Shown here: piece after piece, positions 26,027 through 39,515 of the stretch
Layout: every line of letters begins with the position of its first letter
Numbering within the stretch: the stretch's first letter is position 1
NCBI RefSeq assembly: GCF_964355755.1
Contig: NC_092674.1
Location: 6,138,001 to 6,202,000 of the forward strand
DNA: 64,000 nt
Direction: 5' to 3'
Source: Antedon mediterranea
Lineage: Eukaryota > Animalia > Echinodermata
Made by a program: the position numbers and the translations under genes
The notes under the pieces: generated by a model
Database searches by the model: none
Seen by the model: only the letters and a program-made list of their open reading frames with translations
Told to the model about the DNA's origin: nothing

Positions 26027-26548
26027 TTTCTTGCTTCAGTGTTTATCCAGCAAACTATCTGTAAAATACAGTAAAAACAGTGTTTGATATCAAAGAATTA
26101 TTTTTAGATTTCTAGCAAACACTGATTTAAACAATTTGTTTAGGAGCGCACATTTAGCAGAACAAATAAGCCTATAGAGGCCTAGGCCTATATGATGGTT
26201 GGTTTTCTACTGTAAAGAAATGTGTATACAAAACATGCATTTGCATAATTAATTGAACCAATTAAAGGTCCAACCCCCAGCAAGTAATTAAATGTATACC
26301 AGAATAATACTATTACTAGGCCTAGGTCTATACTATAGTAACACTAACAGATAGCCTAGTCTAACCCAATTGGAGGTAATATACCTCCATCTAGGCCTAT
26401 ACTATGACTATGGATATGATGATGACCTGACCAGAGCTAATGAAATCAATAAAGAGGCCTAATAACAACTAGGCCTAGGCCTAGGCCCGGTAGGCTACTA
26501 ACTAGCCTAGCTAGGCCTCTAGCTAGGCCTACTAGTGTTCCTGCATAC

Positions 26549-27282
26549 TTGGTCATTATTTATTGCAATTCAACTAACCAAAATACTACTTTATTTAGCT
26601 ACACCTATATAATAGAAGGAAGCAATTTGTAGCTAGGCCTAGGCCTGCAGCTATCGTGAGAGCGGGAAGAATGTCTACAAACAATGTTCACTTCGTCGAC
26701 GGTGTCGATCAGCTGCACGCAGTAGTGTGTTGTTTACTGCTGGACCAACTTCCCTCTTTAAAACAACAAAGAATTTGAACTGCGCGCCTTTTCTGGATCG
26801 TTGGCAGAAAACCAATGAAGCGAATCTCTTTTGCATAATTTTGCCAAATGCCAAATAACACAAACAGACGCATTTTAGATTTAACCGCTTAGTGTCAACA
26901 TGAATTTATGCGTACAAATGTTTATATAAATCTTACAGATATTGAATATCACATTGAAATTAACTGAATTGTAGGATGTAAAAATTACACTTTGTCAAAT
27001 TATTTTGACTTTAGTCTGGAACTATTTTTTTGCGGTTTGATACAAATAAGGAAGGTAATCGGTGACTATTGGACCAAACAAAAACGTCACTCGTCAGCTG
27101 CTGTAATTACTTCGCAATCCTTCGGAGGCTAAACATCAAATTTTTTTTCAATAGAAATTTTTCATTTTTTTCTGTTAAATAAGATGTACAAAATGTGTTA
27201 GAAGATACTGGTATTATTTGTGAAGCTTAGTGCTCACACTAACCTAACAAACCAATGGTTTTGTTTCTTTTGTGAGTGAGAG
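26549..27282. promoter_or_regulatory. Putative bidirectional promoter and non-coding first exons of cyclin G (-) and cyclin I (+)
   Basis: CpG-richer island between the divergent genes. Candidate minus-strand donor (gtatgc) at 26548 and plus-strand donor (AG|gtaagc) at 27283. CCAAT boxes at about 26812 and 27068, TTGTTTAC at 26730. Both ATG-containing exons have acceptors upstream of the ATG (26058 for cyclin G, 28507 for cyclin I). Confidence 0.6.
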
Positions 27283-28546
27283 GTAAGCAATTTCTTTTCT
27301 GCTGTTCAGGGTTGGGTTTGACAGCTGATCTCGACAACAACCGAAATGGGGTCAACCGTTTTGTTTGATAAACAAGAGGCCTAGCTAGCTAGGCGTATCT
27401 AGGGCGTAGGCTATATTTTTCACTTTGTCTTGTGTTAAAATTGCGCAAAATGTTCAGTTTATTATGAAGCTTATGTCCTACTACTACTAACTGCACAGGC
27501 CTATTTTTTTCATTCGTACAGGAAACAAACAATTTTGATGATTTAAAAATGATTTGATCCTATCTAGCCTATGACTCGGAGGCCTATTAGGCCTATTTGT
27601 ACTGACTGTGTACAACAGCTTAATATTATAAATGTATATTCCCCAATTTGAAATTCACAACAATATATTTGTATTATTTCAAATTTACAAAATGGGGATG
27701 AATATTTTGGTTACATTAATTATTATTTGTCAGTGTTCTATTCTACTCTTTATTTTAATGAATTATTTTAAACCACCTGTAACTTTTACATTATATTTAT
27801 AATTTATACACCTACCTTTGGAAACATAATTATTAATAATTAATATTTTCTCATAGTGCTTATGTAAGCCGTTTTGCTTAATAATATTGTTTTCAGTTTC
27901 TTGCCTGTACTTGTTGATGTCATGTCCTCAATTGTTTGTTAAGCAAACAACATCCCTTTGGCCCCCAATATAACTGATGCAATGGAAATGAAAGAATAGA
28001 TTGGCAATATTTAGGTCAAACAAAAATTCCCTATGACTGAGTCAACTTTAATTTCACCAGAGTATTTATAGCATAATTCTAGAATAAAAATGTCTATTCT
28101 TGAATGTTCTTTGGTTTGTAGGTGTGGTATAATTATTTATAGTGGTTAAAAATGGTGGTTTAAAATATTCATTGTGATTAACCTTGCTATCTTTGTATGC
28201 ATTGTTGTAAGCCTATTAATTATTATTTTTTGGGAAAGTTTGTGGTTCATAAAAAGAACACTTCTTTAGACCCTGAGATGTTTTTGTACAGGGCTTAATA
28301 GTAATTACACAAACAGGGAAATTAGAATGAATTTACAGTAGTTTTCTAAAAATATTTTAGTATAAAATATACCAAATTTAGTTTTTATTGCAAATAACAA
28401 TGTATATTTCCATATTTGTATCACCATTTTTAAAGTGATATTTTCAAAATTACCGTCCATGGTGAAAACATTATTACAACAATAATTTGATTTTTTTTTC
28501 TTTAAGGTCCTTTGTGTAGTTGTGTGTGGTGGTGGTTATCAACAAA

Positions 28547-31500
28547 ATGAGGATGCGCAAGGTTTTTGATGTGAGGAGGTTACAAGGCATGTTGGAGAAA
28601 GAGATGGAGAGAGAAGAGAAACTTTGGGTACCATGCCTTACCAACCTTGATGATTCTGATGTAAGTTTAAACATAATGTCAAAAATGGTTTTAAGAGGAT
28701 CATCTTCTACCCTTTAAAAAATAGGGGATCATCTTCTACCCTTTAAAAAATAGTGGATCATCTTCTACCCCTTAAAAAATAGTGGATCATCTTCTACCCC
28801 TTAAAAAATTGGGGGTCATCTCCTACCCACGACAAAATAGGGGATCATCTCCTACCCTTAAAAGTAAGGGGAACTCCTTTAATTTTTAGGATATTCTTAT
28901 TTTTATCCGAGAACTCGAGGCAGTGCACTTATTATTTTATTTAAATTGTGATGTATTAAAGTCAAGTTAGCTTCTTTCTTTTGGGCATGTTATTGCTATA
29001 AATTGATTATTATTATTTCATGGATGATTGTTCATCTAATTGTCTCGTTAGACAATAACAATTATCTTACACATGATTGCATCATATTATAAGTAATTCG
29101 ATTTCACTAGTTGATTTGCTTCTGATTGTAAATCTTGAAATATTTTTACCACCTTTTTCTTGAAAATCAAAATTACTATTTACGCACCACAAACTAATTG
29201 TACTGTACCATATTATGGTGAGGTTGGTAAATAATCCCACCCCAATAATTTTCTAAATTTTGTATCTAGGCTTACTCTTACTATGCTCCGTCACATACAG
29301 TTAGTTTTTTCTGGTATAATATTAATTTGAAATTTGCTATACTATATTTAGAAATTATATTGTTTGTGTAAATTCTATGAAGTTGATTTTTTTATAATTA
29401 TGCAAATGTTTTTCTATGTAACTTTGTAAGAATGATGAAATTGTGATTTTGTTAGTTTTCTGGTTGAACTGTTTCAATATCCACAAGAATTTATGTTTTT
29501 GAATAAAATGAATAGAATTATAACAATACAACACACAGTAGTAACTGTGGCTGGGTTTCGTTTCTGTTATTTTCATATTATTATTATTTTCTTTGTGTGC
29601 AGCCAAGCCAGCCAATGAGTGGCAGGTGGTTGTCACATGACCGCTGTAGCTTGAATACTGGATTATTATATACTTCCCCAAACAATGCTTTTAGTATCAA
29701 TCTACGTCACATGCATCTTGACTTTTTATCTCTTATCTGATTAAATATGAATGGTCTACTCTTTATGTCATAAAATATTTAAAATATTATAGAGTCAGAG
29801 TATTAATAAATGAAATTACTGTTCATGAAATTGATACCAGATTATAAAACATGTTTTTTCTGCATTAATAATTTAATAAAAAAAAAAAAAATTTTAAACC
29901 AACTAATTTTTTAATGTACAGCAAATTATTTCTGCCAATGTAGAATACTTGGTATATGTACAGTACTGGTAAAGTTCTGTCTACACTATTAAACTAGTTT
30001 GACAAAAAAAGTGTGATGTGCCCAAATATGATAGTGATATGACATCATGTCCATATATGGGCACATCACAATTTTTTTCACATTAAGTTTGATAGTGTAG
30101 ACAGAGCTTAATACAAAGAATAGTCTGTTTACATGGCCTTCCACAAAAACAACAATGAAAGTGTATAAAATTCTCTGTAACCACACTCTGTATTGCCTTA
30201 TTAGTGTTGTAGTATACCACAGTCTAGTCAGGACTTGACAAACCTTCCCAAAGGCTAATTTCAGTTTTTTCCACCTTAACCTCACATGACCTAGTAATTA
30301 AATGTTACAGTACAATCATTAACAGTGTTAATTGTGTATTGTTGAATTTTGTAAAATCACCTAAATTAAATGTCGTGTATTGTACGTACTGTTAGACTTC
30401 CCCGCAAGTCTGTATTATTTGTAGTTTGATTTTTGTCTGAAAATTGTGAGCTGAAGTACAGTATTATACGTATGAAATGCCATATGTGTCAAAATATTTC
30501 TCTTTATTAATTACAGTCTAGTACCTAGATTTACGTACTGTATTATAATTTTTTTTTTTTCACAAAATTCAGCAATAAAATTATGCTTTAAAAAATGTGG
30601 ATAGCTACATACAGCAATTAATTTAAACTATACTTCTTTTTATATTTTATTTATTTGATAGGATAAGTACATTACTATGGATGATCGTGATTATGCTGTG
30701 ATGTGGTTATATGAAAAGAATGCCGTGTTTGAGTTTTACCCGGAGACTCTCGTACACAGTATCAATTACTTGGATCGCTTCCTCAGTGTTATGAAGGTGA
30801 GTTTTTAGTGGTTTCAAATTCATAATGTATGCAGGGCTCGAAATTCACGCTAGCAAACTAGCATTTTGCTAGTAGATTCTTGATAATTGCTAGTTGAAAA
30901 TTTCATAACTAGCAAATGTTTGCTAGTGTAATTTTTGAAAAAATACGTACTTTTTAGCTTAGCCACGCTAGCCGCCAATCGCTATGTCGACAACGGCTAA
31001 TAGGAACCAATTTGGTGAAAACAATTGTTTCATTTACACGCCGCCAATTTACGTCAAGGAAACGCGAATAGCACCGTGAATCATGTGGTAGCATAGTTGT
31101 TAACGATGTGCATTATATTAACAGCAAGCTTTTCCCCAACACAAAAGCATGTTCATTTAGTACGTCGCTAAGGATTACATCATCAGTCACCTGATTACAG
31201 AATACGCGATTATCAATTTAGGGATTTAACGAAATAAATATTTTGCCTACACAGTGGTCGAAGCGCGTATTTAATAGATTCGTAAATAGTAAACACCCCC
31301 CCTCCCACTTAATGGACTCTTCCAATTTTGGAGAAGAACGTCTCCTCGGCACACCACGAGGTCCTGTTGTTTGTGCGATGGATTTTCTTACGCCTATATT
31401 GTTTACCTGTGGAATTAAATTACACACACTTTCGCATCACAACTTTAATTACTGATTTTACATAGCAATGAGCAAAGGATTCATCAAAGAAAAATACGTT

Positions 31501-34500
31501 GAATAAAAATTCACTTAAGAAATGCCGTAAGCTGTTTTCAAACTATTGATCAGCCCACTATTTATTCCAACATCATTCATGCCTCTCGTGCGATAGGGAA
31601 TTTCCTGGATAGAGACGAGTCGAGCGCGAGAGACGGCGGAGTGAGGCGGGCGTAGCTTGGGACGGATTAGTTAGGGCCTGCCTACCAATTTCGCTCGGTG
31701 GCAATTAAATTTAATGTTTTAATTACGTCTGGATATAAACAATATAAAACTCAGTTTTGTCATCGGCAATAATATTTTATACATAGGCCTAGTCAATTTT
31801 GTTCCGCTTCAAATTTTAAAAGTTTCGACCTAAAAAAAAGTGGGCCGAAACGTCTCGGGACGAATCGTCCATAGGCCGAAACGCCCTTGATTTGGCTAGC
31901 ATGAAAGCATGTCTTGATCTTTTTTTAATTTGGCTAAAAAGGGTACTACTACTACTACAGCTTTGCCTAGCTAGCTAAGCCTACACCTAAAAGCTAGGTC
32001 TAGGTCTACACCTAAATAAATTCAGATTTGTGTAGAATTTAACTATTTTACCGAAAAAAAATTGTGATTGCTAGTTATGCTGCTGATTTTGCTAGTTAAT
32101 TTTTTTACAACTAGCAAAGTTTGCTAGTCGAAAAAAAAGTAAATTTCGAGCCCTGGTATGATACAAATTTTGCAATATCTTCAGTTTATCAGTGGATATT
32201 TTCTACTCTCACAATTATTGGGTTTAATCCCATATCCCATGTTTTGCCTTTAGAGCCATGTTTCTCAACAGGGTATTGCTAAACTGCTTAAACCTCGCGC
32301 CAACCTCGCACAAACCCTCAAGACCCTGCTCAAACCTCCTACAAACCAATTTTGATTAGATCTCAACTAGAACTATGAACAGAGACAATTTATGAAGAAA
32401 AAATAAAATTTCTGTAAGTTTGTCTGTTTCTAGGTGAAAAACTTCAATTTTTGGGAAAATTACAAATTTCACTAATCATGAATAATATAAACGAAAACCA
32501 CTTTAAAAAAAGGTGCTCTTCTTTTACACGCCACCTATGGTATACGTGCAACCCACAATGATTAATCCACCATTATCATGTTCTTTATGTTAGTACTAAT
32601 TGAGACGTGTTTACCTGCCTGTCATAGCCAGGTATACTCTATTTACATTGTCAAGTGATCCACTTCAGTCACAATGACTTCAAATTTATTGACAATTTTA
32701 GATTTTAATATTAACAGATTGGAATAATTGAAGTATTAACTTATTATCTAAAAGTGGAATTTTGACATTTGTTTTTAAAAGTCAAAGCGATAATTAATAT
32801 TGAATGTAAGCTCCAATAATTGTCTTTGTCATATTCAGCATATGTCATTTTAAATACTTTATTGTCTAGAATTTACTAAATATTAATTTCATAACATATA
32901 CAGTACACTTATTAATACTGTATTTGTTTTACATTTATAAAGAATACTTAAAGATGTACTGTATTGTATTGTCCCCCAAAAACACGAAAAATGAAGATTA
33001 ATTTTTTTAAATACTTTAAATAGGCCATTTCAGAATTTTTATATAGTTAAACACTTCGGTAGAAAAAATAATTTCAGTGGGACAGTATATTTATAAAAAA
33101 AACTAGCCCTCTTGAAATATAAATTGAAACAAATGAATAAAAAATATACCATTGCTCTATCGATGTTCATTTTAATTTAACACAGTGCCTACGTTTATTC
33201 AATGTTATATTAGTGTATTTATGTTGGCTACCCTCGATCACAGAATATCTAAATCAGAGGAATACACTACAGGCAAATAAGCATTCTTTACCTGTGGTGA
33301 AATGACAGGGATCCAATTAGCTACAATTGGGCCTGCCTTGTAAATGGTTTCATAATGTATGCACCTTTAAAAAAATATGCTGAGATTGTAATGTAAATGG
33401 ACAGCATGTGTCACTATGTTGAAGGCTACAATTTATGATTTAAAGAGTAATCTTCTTATGTGATAGATGTCATATACTGTAGTAAAGATGGGAAAATGTT
33501 CTTAGTTCTGTATTCAAAATAGTGAAATGTTTGCAATTAAAATACCCTATTAAAAATATTGTTTTTATACTGTAAAGCCCAAAATGTTGCGATTTTACAA
33601 TTCCACTATTTCGCGACCTAAAAATATTGTTTTATATTGACAACATTAAACAATATAATGAATAGCGTTGTTAGATTAAAAAAAAAAAAGAAGTATATTA
33701 TAAAAATTTAATGAAATATATATACTAATTTATTGTTATTTGCATTGAAAATAAATGCTCATTCATAATATATTCATGTAAAGAACAGGAAAAGGCCTAC
33801 TTTTAAAAATGCCTACCGTATTCTTGGGTTTAGTTTTGCTTTCATTTAGAAGAAGGCAACAAAAGAAAAAATATTTAATCGAGTAGGAAATATTAGTAGG
33901 ATTTATAACATAATTGATACAATACCGTAATAATAATATTCTCAGTATTCTAAATACTGAGTTTTAATGTGTTTCTTTTTAGGTTCACCCAAAATATATG
34001 ATGTGTATAACGGTTGCCTGCTTGTACCTGGGTAGTAAAATGGTGGAGGAAGATGAGGTAAACATTTTTTTTTTATTGCTTTGCTCTGTCTACACTATCA
34101 AACTTTTTATGTGACAGAAAAATGTGATGTGCCCATATATCAACATGATGATGTCATATCACTACTATATTTGGGCATATCCCTATAATTTGCTCACTTC
34201 ACACTTTTTTTGTAAAAAAAAAAAATAGTGTAGACAGAGCTTTACAAATTGGTGTCATCAAAGTTTTATTGACGTTTTATTAAAATTTAAAAAAAACTCT
34301 TATTTTCATCCAGTCTATTTTAAACCATAAGTATTTTGTAAATAATGAGTCAGATTTTTATTTATCTGATAAAATGTAAATAAAAGTTAGTGATTAGGTA
34401 GTTAACCAAATATGTTAAAACGATAACAAAACAGAATAGTTCATTGTTGTAAAGATGTTGTCTGTTCAAAATCATGTAAGCGTATAGGTTTTTGTTTTCT

Positions 34501-37500
34501 TCCTGGTATGACGTATTTGATTGAATCCTGTTGTGGTTTTTTACGGAAAACATAAATAGGTGTGTATTGTGTCCGTAGGATTTCCTACCCACTGCTTCAA
34601 CCCTAGACCAATAATACACAAGTAATACATCAGATCTTATCTACTGTACAGCACACAACACTAATCCTATGAGTGTTCATATTTGCCCGGTAAACAATAA
34701 AATATTATTTCTGTGAGATAGTGCCTGAAGGTCGTGTCTCTTGTGAAAAATAATCTAAATATGGAATATTCTGGAGATAAAGGGGGTTGGGGAGGGGGAA
34801 GAAAGCTAAATTTCGCATTTCCAACGTAATTTGAGCAATGATAGAACAACTTAAGTTTTTTATCCTAGTGGGATATCAGCTTAAAAGTATATCTTAACCA
34901 ATAACCCAAACCCATGGATGTGTTCTGTTATCAGTAATAACCCTACTTTTCAACTAGAATATTCTCTAATGCATGCAATGATTGCATTACAGGATGTATA
35001 AACCAATTTAATTAATTAGTCTTGGTTACTTCATTTAATTAATAAGGTTCACTGTCCTTGAAAATGATACAGTATCTACTGTATTATCACTTAGTATTAG
35101 GTTTTACAATCTTGTTTTTATCTAAAATCTGCATAGTTAAATTCTGAGTTAATTCTTTCCATGTCAGTGATATTTTAACAAAGACTACTGTACAGTATCT
35201 TATACTACAGCACTATTCTTCATATCATCATAAACGCCGAACATCTTGCGACACACATAGCACTCTTAACAAGAGCGATTACTGCCCAGAGTGTGCATAG
35301 ACTTTTAATTTTCCGATCGTATGTTAACATACATACCTATAATTCGTCAAAGTGACGAATTAAATTCTAGTTTAATTATATTACTGTACATTACATTATT
35401 GTGTATGTAACTGACATTACATTGAATTTCTGTGTTTTTCTTACTCTTCCATACTATTGTCTTACTTACATTCCATGAATTACTGTACTTGGGAAGTTAT
35501 TAGCATTCTGTTTTTCCAATTATGCTTCCTTATTCTTTGTTTTTATTCCAATATACAATCTTCCCTGTTTGCAATCCACTTGGCTTGCTACTTATACTAT
35601 AGATACCAGTAATTGTAAAATTACAGATTTCATATTGAAGCTTCATGCATGGTAAACCAAAAAATCATTATTACAGTACTTCCTCATATTTTTGGAAAAA
35701 CACCACAGAAAAATTATTTATGGTTGTTTTATTTTGTCTATTTTAGGATGTACCCTTGACTGGTGACCTAATACGCGTCAGTAAATGCGGTTGTTCTGTA
35801 TCAGAAGTCCTACGAATGGAACGCACAATTCTAGACAAACTCAACTGGGATATGCACGTTCCGACATCCCTTGGATTCCTTCAAATTGTAAGTGCGTTTT
35901 CTTCGGGTGACATTAAAATATTTAATCTCAGTGAAATGTCATGTGCATATACAGTACTATATAATCCCTTATTTTAACCCAAAATATGGAGATATGCATG
36001 GACATACAGTCCTATATAGTCTATTCCAAGAATAAAGAACCAAATTAATTTCACCAAACACTAAAGTAGAATACAATGAATTTTTATTATGAGCCTTTGG
36101 TTTGAATGTTATAAACTTTAATGTAAGATTTCATAATAAACTTGCTTTATGCGAAGGTCTTGGTTAAATTGGATGGCATGGATTTCCATATTAAACAACA
36201 AATTGGTTTGGAAGATGTGCTTATATATCATGCAAAATGATTTCTGGAGGGGCTTTTATTCTTGTACGAGTTTTTATCATCATGACTAAAAATTCACAAA
36301 AAAAGAAATGTCAAAATTCACCAAAAAAGAAATGTCAAAATTATTTATAATTAAAATAATTATTTTAATTTTGTTTTTACAGTTGCATGCTCAGCTTATT
36401 GAACACCATCCACAGCTACTCAATGGTTTAGGTCACATGACCGCCTCTCGTCACCTCTCCATCTTGACCACGCGTCTGATCATTAGTCTGGGCAACGGAG
36501 TACTGTCCCAGTACAGTGGATCAAACATTGCGGTCAGTCTGCTAAGCCTGGAGCTTGAAAGGCTCACACCAGCCTGGCTGTCAATCATAATTATGTTGCA
36601 AGACACAGTCAAGGTAGACACACTTCCTAGTTCAGGCTTAAGCTCTGTCTACACTATCAGCTAACTAGTTTGATTAAAAAAAGTGTGATGTGCCCAAATA
36701 TGGTAGTGATATGCCCAAATATGTTAGTGATATGACATCATCATGTCCATATATGGGCACATCACATTTTTTTGTCGCATAGTTTTATAGTGTAGACAGA
36801 ACTTAAGGCTTATTTTAGTGACATTTAGTTAGTACCTACTATCACCTAATCATGTCTTTTCGGATAAGGACTATAAACCTAGTACATCTTTCGAGACGTT
36901 GGGCGTTATCCCGGTGTACTAGTACACACACAGTCACTGTCACTCACATCCACTGATAATAACTGGGCCCTCTGGTCGACCAGTCTTTTACTAAAGAAGT
37001 TACCCAGTTTAAATAAATAAAGAATAAACAACTTTTGAAAACCCCATAATAGGGGAAACTTTCCTGTGAAACAAACAAGGGTTTTAGCACAGCCAATCCA
37101 TAATCAGAATTTCCTAAAGGTGTCCCCTTAATAGAGGCAAAGGTGTCCCCTTAATAGAGGCTCTACAGTAGTGTATTTGACTATTCCCTTGTGGGACCCA
37201 TCTCTGATTAAATTACTCATGTTTTTATGTCAGGGCCACTAACTAAAAGTTGAATTGGTACTGGGTGACAAAGCTTATTTAATATAAAATGAGCTTAAAT
37301 AGAGTTAAAAGTCCTAAGCTGGATAAACATTGTCTCTTTTTGTTACACAAATTGAATAGAATTACCATTTCAAACAGTGATATAGACCTGCATTAATTAA
37401 TCCTTCTAATTTTGTCAAGGATACATGGAGGTCCCATTTATTTTTATTTAATAAAAGACAACCAATATTTTATACAAATTATGTAAAACACCACAAAGGC

Positions 37501-38130
37501 TAACTTTCTATATTATTCTACAAATTGTCTAACCTTGGCAGTATCAAATTTAAATTTACATAATATTGTAATAATGCACATTTTCGTGACGATGCATCAT
37601 TGTGTACAATGGCAGCCTGTTGGTCTTATGAGTAACAGTTTAAATTGTATGTCTGTTGGTATTAGACCAGTCACTTCATATCACCAAATATATCGTTAGG
37701 TTATCTAGGTATGACGTTATCATGGGATAATAAGGCTACCATAAAACACAATATTGTATCCCTGTGTAGGAGTGTCAATTGGTTGCTATTGTTTCAATGA
37801 GTTTAAGTAAAACAGAGGTTTTGTTGTTTTTTTTTGTTACAGGTGGAGAGCCAAGACCTAATCCATTGTCGTGAGGTGATAAGCCACACCCTTATGGGCT
37901 ACCCAACCACCAATGCAGTGTACTACTGCATAAACCCACCATCTGTCATTGATAAACCTGCTCAACAAGACCTCAAACAGGCCAGCATCGACCTTGACGA
38001 GGTCTTCGACAGCATTAAGTTATTATATGAAGGTGGATGGGAACGAAATCGACCAGACACCTTAGAACAGCAATGCAAAGGCTCTAACATGTCGCCATGC
38101 CCACCACTCCAGACAGTTAGGCCTGTTTAG
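28547..38130 (+). CDS. CCNI: Cyclin I, 6 coding exons, about 327 aa
   Basis: Exons 28547-28660 (MLEKEMEREEKLW), 30662-30796 (DRDYAVMWL...FYPETLVHSINYLDRFLSVMK), 33983-34057 (VHPKYMMCITVACLYLGSKMVEEDE), 35747-35887 (SKCGCSVSEVLRMERTILDKLNWDMH), 36383-36613 (SRHLSILT...SLLSLELERLTPAWL), 37843-38130 (LIHCREVI...SPCPPLQTV, TAG). All introns are phase 0 GT-AG. The motifs match cyclin I. Confidence 0.93.
28695..28865. repeat. 29-bp minisatellite (ggatcatcttctaccctttaaaaaatagg)n
   Basis: About 6 copies just downstream of cyclin I coding exon 1. Confidence 0.9.
29973..30108. mobile_element. MITE family A
   Basis: Both TIRs, TAA TSD. Confidence 0.85.
30832..32155. mobile_element. Non-autonomous hAT-like DNA transposon (CAGGGCTCGAAATT TIR, 5-bp TSD)
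   Basis: CAGGGCTCGAAATT...AATTTCGAGCCCTG flanked by GTATG on both sides. Subterminal ctagcaa/ttgctag repeats at both ends. No transposase ORF. Confidence 0.88.
34083..34241. mobile_element. MITE family A
   Basis: Both TIRs; 25 bp downstream of a cyclin I donor. Confidence 0.8.
36641..36803. mobile_element. MITE family A
   Basis: Both TIRs; 27 bp downstream of a cyclin I donor. Confidence 0.85.
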
Positions 38131-38673
38131 ATAACTTTACAGTACCATGAAAAAAATTGTATAATATTTATATGATAAAAACGTATTGTATAGTTCAGTA
38201 TTTATTATTAGTTTATAGTGTAAAAAAAAGACAAAAAAGATGTATTATGGAAGATCCTTGTATAGTTCTTGTATAAAAAAAATGTGTATGATTATTTGGG
38301 ATGATGTACATAGACAAAATATAATGTATAGACTGTTACATATACTTTATGCATGATCTTTAGTTTCTCTGCATAGTTTTAATAAATGTATCATAAACTA
38401 ATAATAATATAATCCTTTATCTAGTTAAAACCTGAACAATTATTTTAGTGATTATATGTTGCATATTCTATACGCATTATGTTGTGAGTTTGGATGATAT
38501 GCTACTGCAGTGTTGTCAAATCATAGACTTATATTATATATCTCTATGTTCAAATGTATTTAAAGTTTACTACTCTATTTTAAGTTTTCACCTATTTAAA
38601 CATTTTATTATAATCATGAGTTCAAGGTAATCGATAGATTTTTCTCTACGATTGCTCTAATTGGTTCATTTAA

Positions 38674-39515
38674 CCCTTTCACTGCGGATACCCGGTACTA
38701 CCGGGTATAAACAAACGTCGTTGAAATACGTATACCCGGTAATACCAGGTATCGGCAAAACAATTATTTAATCGTATTTGCCTATAATATATGGCACCCT
38801 TTATATTCTTTCGATGAACTTGAATCATTTTGGAAGTCATTAAAAAAATTTCCCAGCAAAAAAAACGTCCCTCTATAGTTGTATTATCGTCTTGAAAATA
38901 ATGCGCCCTCTATAGTTAATTATATATAGTATAGTATCATATAATAGTATTTCTATCTTGGAAAGTTGTTTTGAGTAGCGTAATAGCGGCCAATTTGAAA
39001 GTAACACAAATTTACCAGCCCCAATAGGGCAACATCGTGTTTATCACAACACACACAAAAATTCTGAAACACTAATAGTTAGTTTTTGTACTATAGTGAA
39101 TTATTGGAAACTGTCATTATTTTCTTGATTTCGCCCCAAAACTTTTATTTGTGCATAATTTTTATAAAACAATAAAAATAATTTAATTTTTTTTAAATAT
39201 TTTTATTTGTTATACGTATCTTCATCAATATCCAGTTGGAAAAACGTATTCCATAAGAATTTCTTATAGAAAATATAGTTTTTATCATTGAATAGATAAA
39301 AAACTTGAAATCCAAAATACCTGTAATGACGTCATCAATATGCAAATTACTTTTTTTTTATACCTAACTGTAAACTAACCCTTTGCCCATCACACACCAC
39401 AAAAATAATTACACAATTATCTCAATTAGTATTTTTTTGCAATTTATTAAAATATATGTTTTTCTTAAATATATATTACGCACAGAGGTGGGAATAATGC
39501 GCCGCAGTGAAAGGG
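38674..39515. mobile_element. Non-autonomous piggyBac element
   Basis: TTAA|CCCTTTCACTGCGG ... CCGCAGTGAAAGGG|TTAA: perfect 14-bp TIR with TTAA TSD. Confidence 0.92.

Noticed and set aside
31218-31455. ORFs inside the hAT-like element as a transposase
   Set aside because: Short, with no BED finger, DDE or dimerisation motifs; the element is non-autonomous.
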